A DNA stretch of 64,000 nucleotides. Origin: Candidatus Margulisiibacteriota bacterium. GTDB lineage: Bacteria; Margulisbacteria; WOR-1; O2-12-FULL-45-9. The position numbers and the translations under genes were made by a program. This document shows positions 1 through 7,837 of the stretch, piece after piece. Positions within the stretch are counted from its first letter, which is position 1; the number at the start of each line of letters is the position of its first letter. A model generated the notes under the pieces. The model was given only the letters and a program-made list of their open reading frames with translations, was not told the origin of the DNA and searched no databases. The stretch is taken from contig JBAZZP010000003.1 in the NCBI GenBank assembly GCA_041658745.1, forward strand, positions 83,423-147,422. Direction: 5' to 3'.

Positions 1-142
1 AAACAATCATCCCACAAAAGATAAACTGCAAATCTTGCTCAGAGAAATCAAACCTTTGGCTGGAAAAATAAAAAGAAAATACTAGTAGTCCAAGAACAAC
101 AAAAGCATTAAAAGCGGCAAATAATTTATAGGGTATTTTCAT
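1..142 (-). CDS. hypothetical protein, N-terminal fragment (continues past left edge)
   Basis: ATG at 142-140 overlaps the stop of the upstream ORF (TAATG). The frame stays open to position 1. Translation MKIPYKLFAAFNAFVVLGLLVFSFYF.. has a hydrophobic N-terminal helix. Confidence 0.3.
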   Translation of the reverse strand, partial: MKIPYKLFAAFNAFVVLGLLVFSFYFSSQRFDFSEQDLQFIFCGMIV

Positions 143-921
143 TATGGGATCCAAGGCACCTCCACGGTAATAACGGCTCCCGTACTAGCATTAATTTCGC
201 AGCGGGCAAACTCAGATTGAGCATTATAATCAAAAATAATTTGCCATATAGCATCACCGCCTAGCGTTAATGGGGAACTTAACCGAAAAACATCAAGAAA
301 CGGTTCAGTCTTTCCACTTTCCCAGCTAGCAACCAGTGGAATATTCCTAAAAATGGCAATTGCTTGCGTGCTGTCGATCGGCCAAGTTTCTAAGCTATTG
401 GAAAACGAAGGATAAAAATTAATATAAAGTTCATTTAATTTTGCAGAGTCTGTTTCGGGATATCGATAAGCGCCTCCGTCCACTCTAATTACCTCAAAAG
501 TTACTCCATCACTATAACAAAAATCCCAGTTTTCCGCAGTGGACACGACCGTTCCGCTTCCATGTTGCTCAGAAAGCCAGGCTTTTACTCCTACCAAGTG
601 ATATCCATCTGGGACAAGCCCCCAAGGTTCGCCCATTATATAACACCATCTTAGTCCGCCTACGGCAATAGTGGAAGTAGTCATCCCAGTTGTGGTGCTC
701 GTACTAGTTGTACTCGTCGAGGTCGAAGTTGTGCTCGTTGTGGTTGAAGTGGTTGTCTCGGTTGTTGTGGAAGTGCTGGAAGTGGAGGTTTCAGTTGAGG
801 TTGTAGCTGTGCTGGTTGTAGTAGTAGAAGTAGTAGCTCCGCAACCCATCCCAAACAAAACCAACAGAATAAAAAGGAACCCAAACGAACTAAAAAAAAC
901 TAAACCATTGTTTTTATACAT
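142..921 (-). CDS. putative lipoprotein with Thr/Ser-rich linker and C-terminal domain of unknown function
   Basis: 259-aa ORF. Signal peptide ends in a lipobox-like LFGMGC. A ~55-residue T/S run is encoded at about 671-840. No catalytic motif recognised. Confidence 0.6.
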   Translation of the reverse strand: MYKNNGLVFFSSFGFLFILLVLFGMGCGATTSTTTTSTATTSTETSTSSTSTTTETTTSTTTSTTSTSTSTTSTSTTTGMTTSTIAVGGLRWCYIMGEPWGLVPDGYHLVGVKAWLSEQHGSGTVVSTAENWDFCYSDGVTFEVIRVDGGAYRYPETDSAKLNELYINFYPSFSNSLETWPIDSTQAIAIFRNIPLVASWESGKTEPFLDVFRLSSPLTLGGDAIWQIIFDYNAQSEFARCEINASTGAVITVEVPWIP

Positions 922-933
922 CTTTTATTTCCT

Positions 934-2115
934 TCAGCTGAATAGATTTTTTAAAAGCTGGCTTCCTCGCACAATCTTCAACTTCGCCTTCCTCGCCTCT
1001 TTCTCATTATACCCCTGAATGCCTTTCCTTGCCATTCCTTGCCCTCCCTTGCCATCATAAATTACGAAAGGCACATCGTCCGCCGTATGTGTCATGTATT
1101 TGATCGGGGTTGGATGATCAGGAAGAACGAGTATCCGGGTATCCGGGGATCCGGGGATCAGGGAATGGTTTAATATATTCCCCACAACATATTTATCAAA
1201 ATCCTCAATCGCTTTAATTTTATGTTTAATATTGCCTTCATGACCGGCTTCGTCGGGCGCTTCAACGTGAACAAAGACAACATCGTGCTTTTTTAGTGCT
1301 CTCAGAGCAGCCTTTGCTTTCCCCACATAATTAGTATCTAAATAGCCGGTTGCTCCTGGGACTTTGATGACTTCAAGTCCAATAATTTTGCCAATTCCTT
1401 TTAGCAAGCCAACAGCAGTTATAATTGCTCCGCTTTTCCCAAATTGTTTTTTAAAAGTCGGCATCGTTGGCGCAGTTCCCTGCCCCCACAACCAAATCAT
1501 GTTAGCTTTTGACTTTAAATCATGCAGAATAACTTCGCCTTCGTTCATCAAGCGCAAAATAGCTTCAGACCCCTTCCCTTTCGGTAAATAATCGTGGATG
1601 CATTGGCCGGTGATGTCATGAGGTGGGGTAGTACCAACATTTGACATTTGACATTTGTCATTTGTCATTATCGTCATGATATGGCGATAGCTAACTCCAG
1701 TGTAAAAGCAAACATCTTTGCTTCCCAACTTCGCATTGAGTTGACGAATTATTTTGTCCGCTTCCTTGGTAGAAATGTGTCCAGCCGTGAAATCTTTCAT
1801 CTTGCCGTCTTTAACGGTCACCAGGTTGCAGCGGAAGGCTAATTCATTGTTCCGCAGTTTAATTCCCAGACTAGCAGCTTCGAGTGGTCCTCTACCCGAA
1901 TAATACTTTTTGGGATCGTAACCAAAAATGCTCATAGCAGCAACGTCAGATCCGGGCGGCATTTTGGGCGGAACGTTATTGGTCCAACCAACAAGGCCAT
2001 TGCGGGCCATAAAATCCAAGTTGGGGGTTTTGGCAACTTCAAGGGGAGTTTTCCCTCCCAAAGCTTTGAGTGGCAGATCGGACATTCCATCGCCGATGAG
2101 AACTAAATACTTCAT
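934..2115 (-). CDS. apgM: cofactor-independent phosphoglycerate mutase, archaeal type
   Basis: 393 aa. N-terminus MKYLVLIGDGMSDLP..GGKTPLEVAKTPNLDFMA, plus PPHD and VLPDHPTP..HTADDVPF motifs typical of ApgM. Confidence 0.85.
   Translation of the reverse strand: MKYLVLIGDGMSDLPLKALGGKTPLEVAKTPNLDFMARNGLVGWTNNVPPKMPPGSDVAAMSIFGYDPKKYYSGRGPLEAASLGIKLRNNELAFRCNLVTVKDGKMKDFTAGHISTKEADKIIRQLNAKLGSKDVCFYTGVSYRHIMTIMTNDKCQMSNVGTTPPHDITGQCIHDYLPKGKGSEAILRLMNEGEVILHDLKSKANMIWLWGQGTAPTMPTFKKQFGKSGAIITAVGLLKGIGKIIGLEVIKVPGATGYLDTNYVGKAKAALRALKKHDVVFVHVEAPDEAGHEGNIKHKIKAIEDFDKYVVGNILNHSLIPGSPDTRILVLPDHPTPIKYMTHTADDVPFVIYDGKGGQGMARKGIQGYNEKEARKAKLKIVRGSQLLKNLFS
1021..1056. repeat. decamer array GCCNTTCCTT (3.6 units) inside apgM
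   Basis: Reads gcctttcctt gccattcctt gccctccctt gccatc. It encodes ..DGKGGQGMARKG.. and belongs to the same family as 47901-47946. Confidence 0.8.
1133..1164. repeat. 4 x octamer array ATCCGGGN inside apgM
   Basis: Reads atccgggt atccgggg atccgggg atcaggga. On the coding strand it encodes ..SLIPGSPDTRIL.. Confidence 0.8.
1641..1677. repeat. heptamer array TTGNCAT x4 plus TATCGTCAT inside apgM
   Basis: Reads ttgacat ttgacat ttgtcat ttgtcat tatcgtcat. It encodes ..MTIMTNDKCQMSN.. Confidence 0.8.
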
Positions 2116-2516
2116 TTTTTGTTCAACGGCAATTGCAACTCAGGCACAGCAGGGATAGCCATTTTGGGCATCATTTTTTCCACCGCCGGAATACTGGGAA
2201 GCTCTGGGGTAGAAGTCTGAGTAGACATAATTTTATCTTTTATATATGAATTTACCTTGGGTGCTCCATTTTCAATCGTCGGGTAAATGGTTTTGATGAT
2301 GTTGTATGACAGATTAACCACAAACGAATCTTTTAAATACTGTCTCCCAGCCCCCAAGATTGGCCAATCAACGATAAAACTGGTTACAATTCCAAAAATA
2401 ATCAAAGCACAGATGATGATTACAATACTTTTTAAGGTTTTAAAGATTCCACCAAAGTTCTTGACGAGGTAAATTAAAATCAGCGCCCCAATAACAATAT
2501 CGATAATGTTTATCAT
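2112..2516 (-). CDS. CvpA-like small integral membrane protein
   Basis: 134 aa. N-terminus [18 protein letters not shown].. and two or three TM helices resemble the colicin V production protein family. It is next to a pur gene, as cvpA often is. Confidence 0.45.
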   Translation of the reverse strand: MINIIDIVIGALILIYLVKNFGGIFKTLKSIVIIICALIIFGIVTSFIVDWPILGAGRQYLKDSFVVNLSYNIIKTIYPTIENGAPKVNSYIKDKIMSTQTSTPELPSIPAVEKMMPKMAIPAVPELQLPLNKK

Positions 2517-2971
2517 TATCCTTTGCGCATTTCCTGTTTAAACTTTTTTAGTTTGGCTTTTAGCTCGGGGTACTTAAGGGCTAAGATTTGAGCCGCTAAT
2601 ATCGCTGCATTCTTGGCTCCATCAATCGCAACGGTTGCAACCGGAACCCCTGGCGGCATCTGCACAATCGAAAACAAAGCGTCGTGGCCTTCTAGGCCTT
2701 TGGAGTGAATTGGAATCCCAATCACCGGCAAAATAGTGTGACCGGCAATTACGCCGGGCAGCGCCGCCGCCATCCCCGCCGCAGCGATAATTAGATCATA
2801 TTTTTTTTCGGCATTGGCTGCATACCTTGCAACTTGTTGAGGGGTGCGATGGGCCGAGGCGACCGTAATATCATAAGCAACGCCAAATTCTTTTAGCATG
2901 CTTTCAGTTTTAATTAAAATCGGCAGGTCTGACCGACTACCAGTAATGATTCCTACTTTTGGTTGTTTCAT
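2516..2971 (-). CDS. purE: N5-carboxyaminoimidazole ribonucleotide mutase
   Basis: 151 aa. Motifs [18 protein letters not shown] and [14 protein letters not shown] are PurE hallmarks. Confidence 0.92.
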   Translation of the reverse strand: MKQPKVGIITGSRSDLPILIKTESMLKEFGVAYDITVASAHRTPQQVARYAANAEKKYDLIIAAAGMAAALPGVIAGHTILPVIGIPIHSKGLEGHDALFSIVQMPPGVPVATVAIDGAKNAAILAAQILALKYPELKAKLKKFKQEMRKG

Positions 2972-2980
2972 TTTTTCTCC

Positions 2981-4219
2981 CTATTCAGGAGTAACGGTCA
3001 TTATCAGTTTGGCTTGGTCCGGATACTTGGCAATAAAAATCAATTCTTCTTTGGTGAGTGGCTTTTGGGTATGGACATTGGCATAGCGCACCAGTTCTAG
3101 AACTCGGGCTGCTTCTTTGTCATCTTTAAATTCTACTTCTAATTTTCCATAGACATTGGCAAAGCCTTTTATTCCGCTGTATTCACCTACAGTAATCATA
3201 CGGCCAGATTCAACTAGTTCGGGTTCCCCTCGGCCCAATTCTTCGTAATCATATAATTCGTAATTGCGGCGGTTTTTAAGGGCTCCGTCAGCATGAATCC
3301 CTGATTCGTGGGCAAAAGCATTCGAACCTACCCCTACCTGATTAACCGGCAAAGGAATGCCAAAAGCGTATGAAGCATATTTGGCAAACTGCCATATTTT
3401 ATTTAACTTGATATTTTCGGGGAAAAGATTTAAATCTTTAAAACCACTGGAATATTTCAAGGCTAAAAGAACAGAAAGCAAGTCGGCATTACCGGCTCTT
3501 TCTCCCATCCCATTAATGGTCGTATTAATATAAGCGTCTTGTCCGCCGTCAATAATTCCTTTGGCTCCCATCACCGAACAAGCCACTGCCATTCCCAGAT
3601 CATTATGGCAATGCGTCTCAAGTGCAATTTTAGCTTTTTGAGCTATCGTCTTTAGTTTTTCATAAATCGTGAAAGGATCATCGGCCCCCAAAGTATCGCA
3701 ATAGCGAACTCGTTTTGCACCAACTTCTTTGGCAGCTTGGGCAAATTCAACTAGAAAATTAATATCCGTCCTTGAAGCATCTTCAGCGTTAACCCCTATC
3801 GTTTCAGCTCCCATTTTATACCCGGCCTTAACGGCACGCTGCATATTGGTAATAATTTCCTGGCGCGAAAATTTGCCGCTAAACTTGGCTTCGAGCATAA
3901 TATCCGAGGTTGAAATCGACATATTTAAATGCTTTATTGTAGGCACTAATTTATAAGCCAATTCAACGTCTTTGGTAATCGCTCGGATCCAGCCTTCGAG
4001 TTTAATTGGGCTCAGAGCGCCTATCTCGGCGAGTTGTAAATTAGCATTCAGATAATTAACTTCGTGTTGGGTGAAAGGGAAACCAAATTCAGACTGGTAA
4101 ACCCCAATATCGTTGAGATACATATTAACAATGGTTTTTTCTAATTTGGCAAGGCCAATGCGTGAAGTTTGCACCCCATCGCGGTTTGTAACATCCAGAA
4201 TATGAATTTTTGGCATCAT
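2981..4219 (-). CDS. 2-isopropylmalate/homocitrate/citramalate synthase family enzyme (short form, no LeuA regulatory domain)
   Basis: 412 aa. Motifs ILDVTNRDGVQ, HCHNDLGMAVA and AFAHESGIH match the DRE-TIM aldolase HMGL-like family. Substrate specificity cannot be told from sequence by eye. Confidence 0.8.
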   Translation of the reverse strand: MMPKIHILDVTNRDGVQTSRIGLAKLEKTIVNMYLNDIGVYQSEFGFPFTQHEVNYLNANLQLAEIGALSPIKLEGWIRAITKDVELAYKLVPTIKHLNMSISTSDIMLEAKFSGKFSRQEIITNMQRAVKAGYKMGAETIGVNAEDASRTDINFLVEFAQAAKEVGAKRVRYCDTLGADDPFTIYEKLKTIAQKAKIALETHCHNDLGMAVACSVMGAKGIIDGGQDAYINTTINGMGERAGNADLLSVLLALKYSSGFKDLNLFPENIKLNKIWQFAKYASYAFGIPLPVNQVGVGSNAFAHESGIHADGALKNRRNYELYDYEELGRGEPELVESGRMITVGEYSGIKGFANVYGKLEVEFKDDKEAARVLELVRYANVHTQKPLTKEELIFIAKYPDQAKLIMTVTPE

Positions 4220-4289
4220 TTTCCTCCCGTAAAAGTAAATTATAGCTTATTTTTATTTGCGCTGCAACTATGCTATACTCGCCTTAAAG

Positions 4290-5141
4290 ATGCACAAAAT
4301 TACCGGATTATTGGGATTTCCGCTTGGACACACTCTTTCCCCCGCTATGCAAAACGCGGCCTTCAAAGAATTGGGCCTTGATTGGGAATATAAAAAGTTT
4401 GAAGTTGCGCCAGAAGATCTCAAGGCAGCTGTTGATGGATTCAAGGCCATGCATCTAGCCGGATTTAATGTTACCATCCCCCACAAAGAAAAAATTATTC
4501 CATTGCTAGATGACGTCACTAAGCTTGCCTCCTTGATTGGCGCGGTTAATACCGTAAAATATCAAAATGGCAGTTTAATTGGTTACAACACCGACGGAGA
4601 AGGATTTATCGCTTCCTTAAAGAACGATGCCAATGAAAGTCCGGCCGGAAAAAACATCGTAGTATTAGGGGCGGGAGGAGCTGGTCGCGCGGTTTGTGTG
4701 ATGCTAGCAGAAAACAAGGCCAGCAATTTAACAATATCGGATATTGACCAAACCAAATCCGCAGAATTAGCAAAACATATTCGATCAAATTTTAAAATAA
4801 CTTGCTCAAGCCTACTGCCCAACAGTCCAGCACTGCAAGCCGCCATTAATTCAGCTCATATTTTAGTCAACACAACTCCGATCGGCATGCTTCCTAAAAT
4901 TGATTTTTCTCCGATCGACGAAACCATTCTTCTTCCTTCACAATTATTAGTTTATGACTTAGTCTACAATCCGGCTGAAACCAAATTAATTAAACAAGCC
5001 AAAGCTGCCGGCTGTCGCACCTGCTCTGGTCTAGGCATGCTGGTCTATCAAGGAGCTTTTGCTTTTACCATCTGGACCGGTGAAGAGGCCCCGCTTGAAG
5101 TAATGCGAGCAGCGGCGAAAAAGGCGCTAGGCCTGTCGTAA
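4290..5141 (+). CDS. aroE: shikimate dehydrogenase
   Basis: Motifs GLLGFPLGHTLSPAMQNAAF, NVTIPHK, NTDGEGF and GAGGAGRAV. I prefer the ATG at 4290 over the track start at 4257, because a TATACT -10 lies at about 4273. Confidence 0.9.
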   Translation: MHKITGLLGFPLGHTLSPAMQNAAFKELGLDWEYKKFEVAPEDLKAAVDGFKAMHLAGFNVTIPHKEKIIPLLDDVTKLASLIGAVNTVKYQNGSLIGYNTDGEGFIASLKNDANESPAGKNIVVLGAGGAGRAVCVMLAENKASNLTISDIDQTKSAELAKHIRSNFKITCSSLLPNSPALQAAINSAHILVNTTPIGMLPKIDFSPIDETILLPSQLLVYDLVYNPAETKLIKQAKAAGCRTCSGLGMLVYQGAFAFTIWTGEEAPLEVMRAAAKKALGLS

Positions 5142-5207
5142 TTTCGACACCATTCCTCGTAATTTACCCGCAAATAGCTTGGCAATAACATTGCTGGGTT
5201 GCTAAGC

Positions 5208-6209
5208 ATGCATTCATATCGCGAAACGCCCGCTCTATTAGATGAGATTATTGCACAGGCAATTTCCCAAAATGCATCTGATATCCATTTAGAGCCGCAC
5301 GAGAATCATCTTAAAGTGCGTTATCGAGTGGACGGGCTTCTGCAAGAAGGAGCCTCTGTTCCCAAGATAAAACAAGCATCGCTTACTTCCCGCCTTAAAG
5401 TGATGGTTAACCTCGATATCGCCGAAAGCCGACAACCGCAAGACGGAAGAACCAATCTGCAAATTAACAAAACAGCCTTTGATGTTCGGGTATCCACCAT
5501 TCCAACGATACATGGCGAAAAAGTAGTTATGCGACTGCTCAACCGCCAGCATGCCGCCCTGAAAATTGACGAGTTAGGGATGGAAAAAGAGGATTTAATA
5601 AAATATGAGAGGATGTTAAAGAAAAGAAGCGGAATAATTTTGGTAACTGGCCCAACGGGATCAGGCAAAACGACCACCCTCTACGCCACACTGTCCTATC
5701 TAAATTCGAAAGAGATAAACATCACGACCATTGAAGATCCGGTAGAATACCAATTGACAGGAATCAACCAAATTCAAATTAATCCAAAGGCAGGATTAAC
5801 TTTTGCTCGCGGGTTGCGCTCTATTTTGCGCCAAGATCCTGACGTTATCATGGTTGGTGAAATTCGCGATTTGGAAACGGCCAAGATCGCCCTACAAGCA
5901 GCGCTAACTGGGCATTTAGTCTTTTCAACCCTGCATACCAATGATGCGACATCAACCATTTGTCGTCTAATCGACATAGGGATCGAAAAATATTTAATCG
6001 AGTCAACCATTGTTGGAGTAATTGCGCAAAGACTAGTGCGCAAGAGAACTAGTGAGGGATATAAGGGACGCATTGGAATCTACGAAGTAATGGAAGGCAT
6101 CCAATCAAACACTGACATGTCTTCTCTTGCACAGAACGGAGAATTAAAAGTAGCACAGGGAATAACCACTAAAGAAGAATTAGCTCGCGTGCTTTATCTC
6201 GAACATTAA
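5208..6209 (+). CDS. compact GspE/PilB-family type II/IV secretion ATPase (core only)
   Basis: Motifs SDIHLEP..LKVRYRVDGLL, Walker A GPTGSGKTT, Asp box and His box TGHLVFSTLHTND. It lacks the N-terminal domains and the C-terminal tetracysteine motif. Confidence 0.8.
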   Translation: MHSYRETPALLDEIIAQAISQNASDIHLEPHENHLKVRYRVDGLLQEGASVPKIKQASLTSRLKVMVNLDIAESRQPQDGRTNLQINKTAFDVRVSTIPTIHGEKVVMRLLNRQHAALKIDELGMEKEDLIKYERMLKKRSGIILVTGPTGSGKTTTLYATLSYLNSKEINITTIEDPVEYQLTGINQIQINPKAGLTFARGLRSILRQDPDVIMVGEIRDLETAKIALQAALTGHLVFSTLHTNDATSTICRLIDIGIEKYLIESTIVGVIAQRLVRKRTSEGYKGRIGIYEVMEGIQSNTDMSSLAQNGELKVAQGITTKEELARVLYLEH

Positions 6210-6553
6210 CCACCACCGCCACCACCACCGCCGCCTCCGCCACCGGCCCCACCTCCAGCCCCTGCTCCTCCACCAGCTCCAGCTCCACCACTAGAACCAA
6301 CTCCTGGTCCTCCTCCCATATGCGCAAGAAGCGAAATAGCCAAAGCTTTGACATGTTGAAACAGGTTTTTCATGACATTGGTTTCTTGCAAAATTTGAAC
6401 CCGTGGGCATCTTTCGCAGAATTTAAACTCGGCCTTTAGCGGATTACAGGCAGCTTCTGGATAATAAATGCACTTTTTAAACCCTTCTTTTCTACGCTTC
6501 ATTTCTTTAGGGCTAATCAGCTTATTTGCCTCATCAATCTTATTTATTTCCAT
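6206..6553 (-). CDS. small Cys4 protein with hydrophobic helix and C-terminal Gly/Ala tail ending in G12
   Basis: 115-aa ORF. Cys pattern is C-x7-C-x9-C-x2-C, followed by NVMKNLFQHVKALAISLLAHM and then GGGPGVGSSGGAGAGGGAGAGGGAGGGGGGGGGGGG. Mixed GGT/GGC/GGA codons are used. Confidence 0.5.
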   Translation of the reverse strand: MEINKIDEANKLISPKEMKRRKEGFKKCIYYPEAACNPLKAEFKFCERCPRVQILQETNVMKNLFQHVKALAISLLAHMGGGPGVGSSGGAGAGGGAGAGGGAGGGGGGGGGGGG

Positions 6554-6576
6554 GATTTCTGATATACTAGCACCAA

Positions 6577-7281
6577 ATGCTTTCTAAAGTCATCCGCACT
6601 ATCCTATTTTATTTTGTTTTAGTGGTAACTTTCTTTATTGGTACAACCATTACTTTTTTCTTCTTACCTTTCCACAGCAACAAGCACCGCCCCTTTCAAA
6701 TCGCCGCTCGCCTTTGGGCTAGGCTGCTGGTTAAAACCTCCAGGATCCCGCTCCAAATTGTTGGGCTAGAAAATATCGATAAAAATCAAACCTACTTGAT
6801 CGCGGCCAACCATCAAGGAGCAGCCGATATTCTGATTGTTTTAGCTGGATTGCCGATTAATTTCCTTTTCGCTATCAAAAAAGAATTATTTGAAATACCC
6901 GTCTTTGGCTGGTACCTTAAAAGAGCCGGTTATATTCCTGTTGACCGTGCTTTAATTCTAAGTGCCTATAAATTGGTAGAAACTTTTGCGGGACATTTGT
7001 CAGCCGGTGAATCTATTTTAGTTTTTCCGGAAGGGACCAGGACTAAGACTGGAGAACTAGGAGAATTTAAGCGCGGCAGTCTTCTCTCTGCTCCCAAAGC
7101 CAACGTGCCGGTTTTGCCGGTAGCCATTTCCGGCAGTTTTCATCTCCTGCCCAAAGGCTCCAAAATCATTGTCCCCCACCCGGTTAAAATGTCGATTGGC
7201 AAACCAATCACTTTTAGCCCAAGCGATGATTACGAAGAAAAAGTAAAAGAAGTCCACGATACAATTGCCAAGCTGCTTTAA
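6577..7281 (+). CDS. plsC: 1-acyl-sn-glycerol-3-phosphate acyltransferase
   Basis: NHQGAADILIV (NHxxxxD) and FPEGTRT motifs, with an N-terminal TM segment. Confidence 0.85.
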   Translation: MLSKVIRTILFYFVLVVTFFIGTTITFFFLPFHSNKHRPFQIAARLWARLLVKTSRIPLQIVGLENIDKNQTYLIAANHQGAADILIVLAGLPINFLFAIKKELFEIPVFGWYLKRAGYIPVDRALILSAYKLVETFAGHLSAGESILVFPEGTRTKTGELGEFKRGSLLSAPKANVPVLPVAISGSFHLLPKGSKIIVPHPVKMSIGKPITFSPSDDYEEKVKEVHDTIAKLL

Positions 7282-7303
7282 GATTTGTTATACTTAAATT
7301 AAT

Positions 7304-7807
7304 ATGCAACTAAACGGCAAAGCTCGGCGCTTTAAACAAAACGATGACATCAATACCGATTATGTAATTTCCGGTCGCTACAAATTTAAAATCCAGGATC
7401 CCCATGAATTAGCTAAACACGTGATGGAAGATTTGGATCCTAATTTCTACAATCGCATCCAACAAGGCGATTTTATCGTGGTTGGTCGCAACTTTGGCTG
7501 TGGTTCTTCGAGAGAACAAGCCCCACAATCGATTAAATATGCTGGCATTGCAGCCGTAATAGCCAAATCGTTTGCTCGTATTTTCTATCGCAATTGCTAT
7601 AATCTAGGATTATTAGCGATCGAAGCCAATACTGACGGGATTGATGATGCTGATGAATTAGAACTGGATCTTGATGCTGGAGTGCTGCGCAACAAAACCA
7701 AAAAGCAGGAAATTAAAGTTGCTCCTCTTCCCAAAACTATGCAAACTTTGCTAGCGGACGGGGGATTAATTGAACATTTCAAAAAACATGGTGGGTTTGA
7801 GGTTTAA
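7304..7807 (+). CDS. leuD: 3-isopropylmalate (or homoaconitate) dehydratase small subunit
   Basis: 167 aa. Motifs DINTDYVISGRY and GRNFGCGSSREQAP are typical of the short LeuD/HacB type. No large subunit is adjacent. Confidence 0.8.
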   Translation: MQLNGKARRFKQNDDINTDYVISGRYKFKIQDPHELAKHVMEDLDPNFYNRIQQGDFIVVGRNFGCGSSREQAPQSIKYAGIAAVIAKSFARIFYRNCYNLGLLAIEANTDGIDDADELELDLDAGVLRNKTKKQEIKVAPLPKTMQTLLADGGLIEHFKKHGGFEV

Positions 7808-7837
7808 AATCAACTTTCTTTGTAAATTTTCTGCAAA

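Noticed and set aside
671-1018. ORF-track entries 671..1018(+) and 681..884(-), with V/E/L-rich or Q/P/L-rich low-complexity translations.
   Set aside because: They are alternative-frame or antisense shadows of the Thr/Ser-rich linker of the 142..921 lipoprotein gene. They have no start context and their composition is purely repeat-derived. The same applies to most other short antisense ORFs in the track, for example 28422..28784, 31835..32257, 32178..32690, 54375..54731 and 59527..59904.
6206-6310. A link between the poly-Gly-tailed peptide and the pentapeptide-repeat protein as a microcin B17-like (McbA/McbG) system.
   Set aside because: The two genes are 24 kb apart, and no McbBCD-type cyclodehydratase/dehydrogenase or exporter is present. 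The Gly tail also lacks the Ser/Cys residues needed for azole formation.
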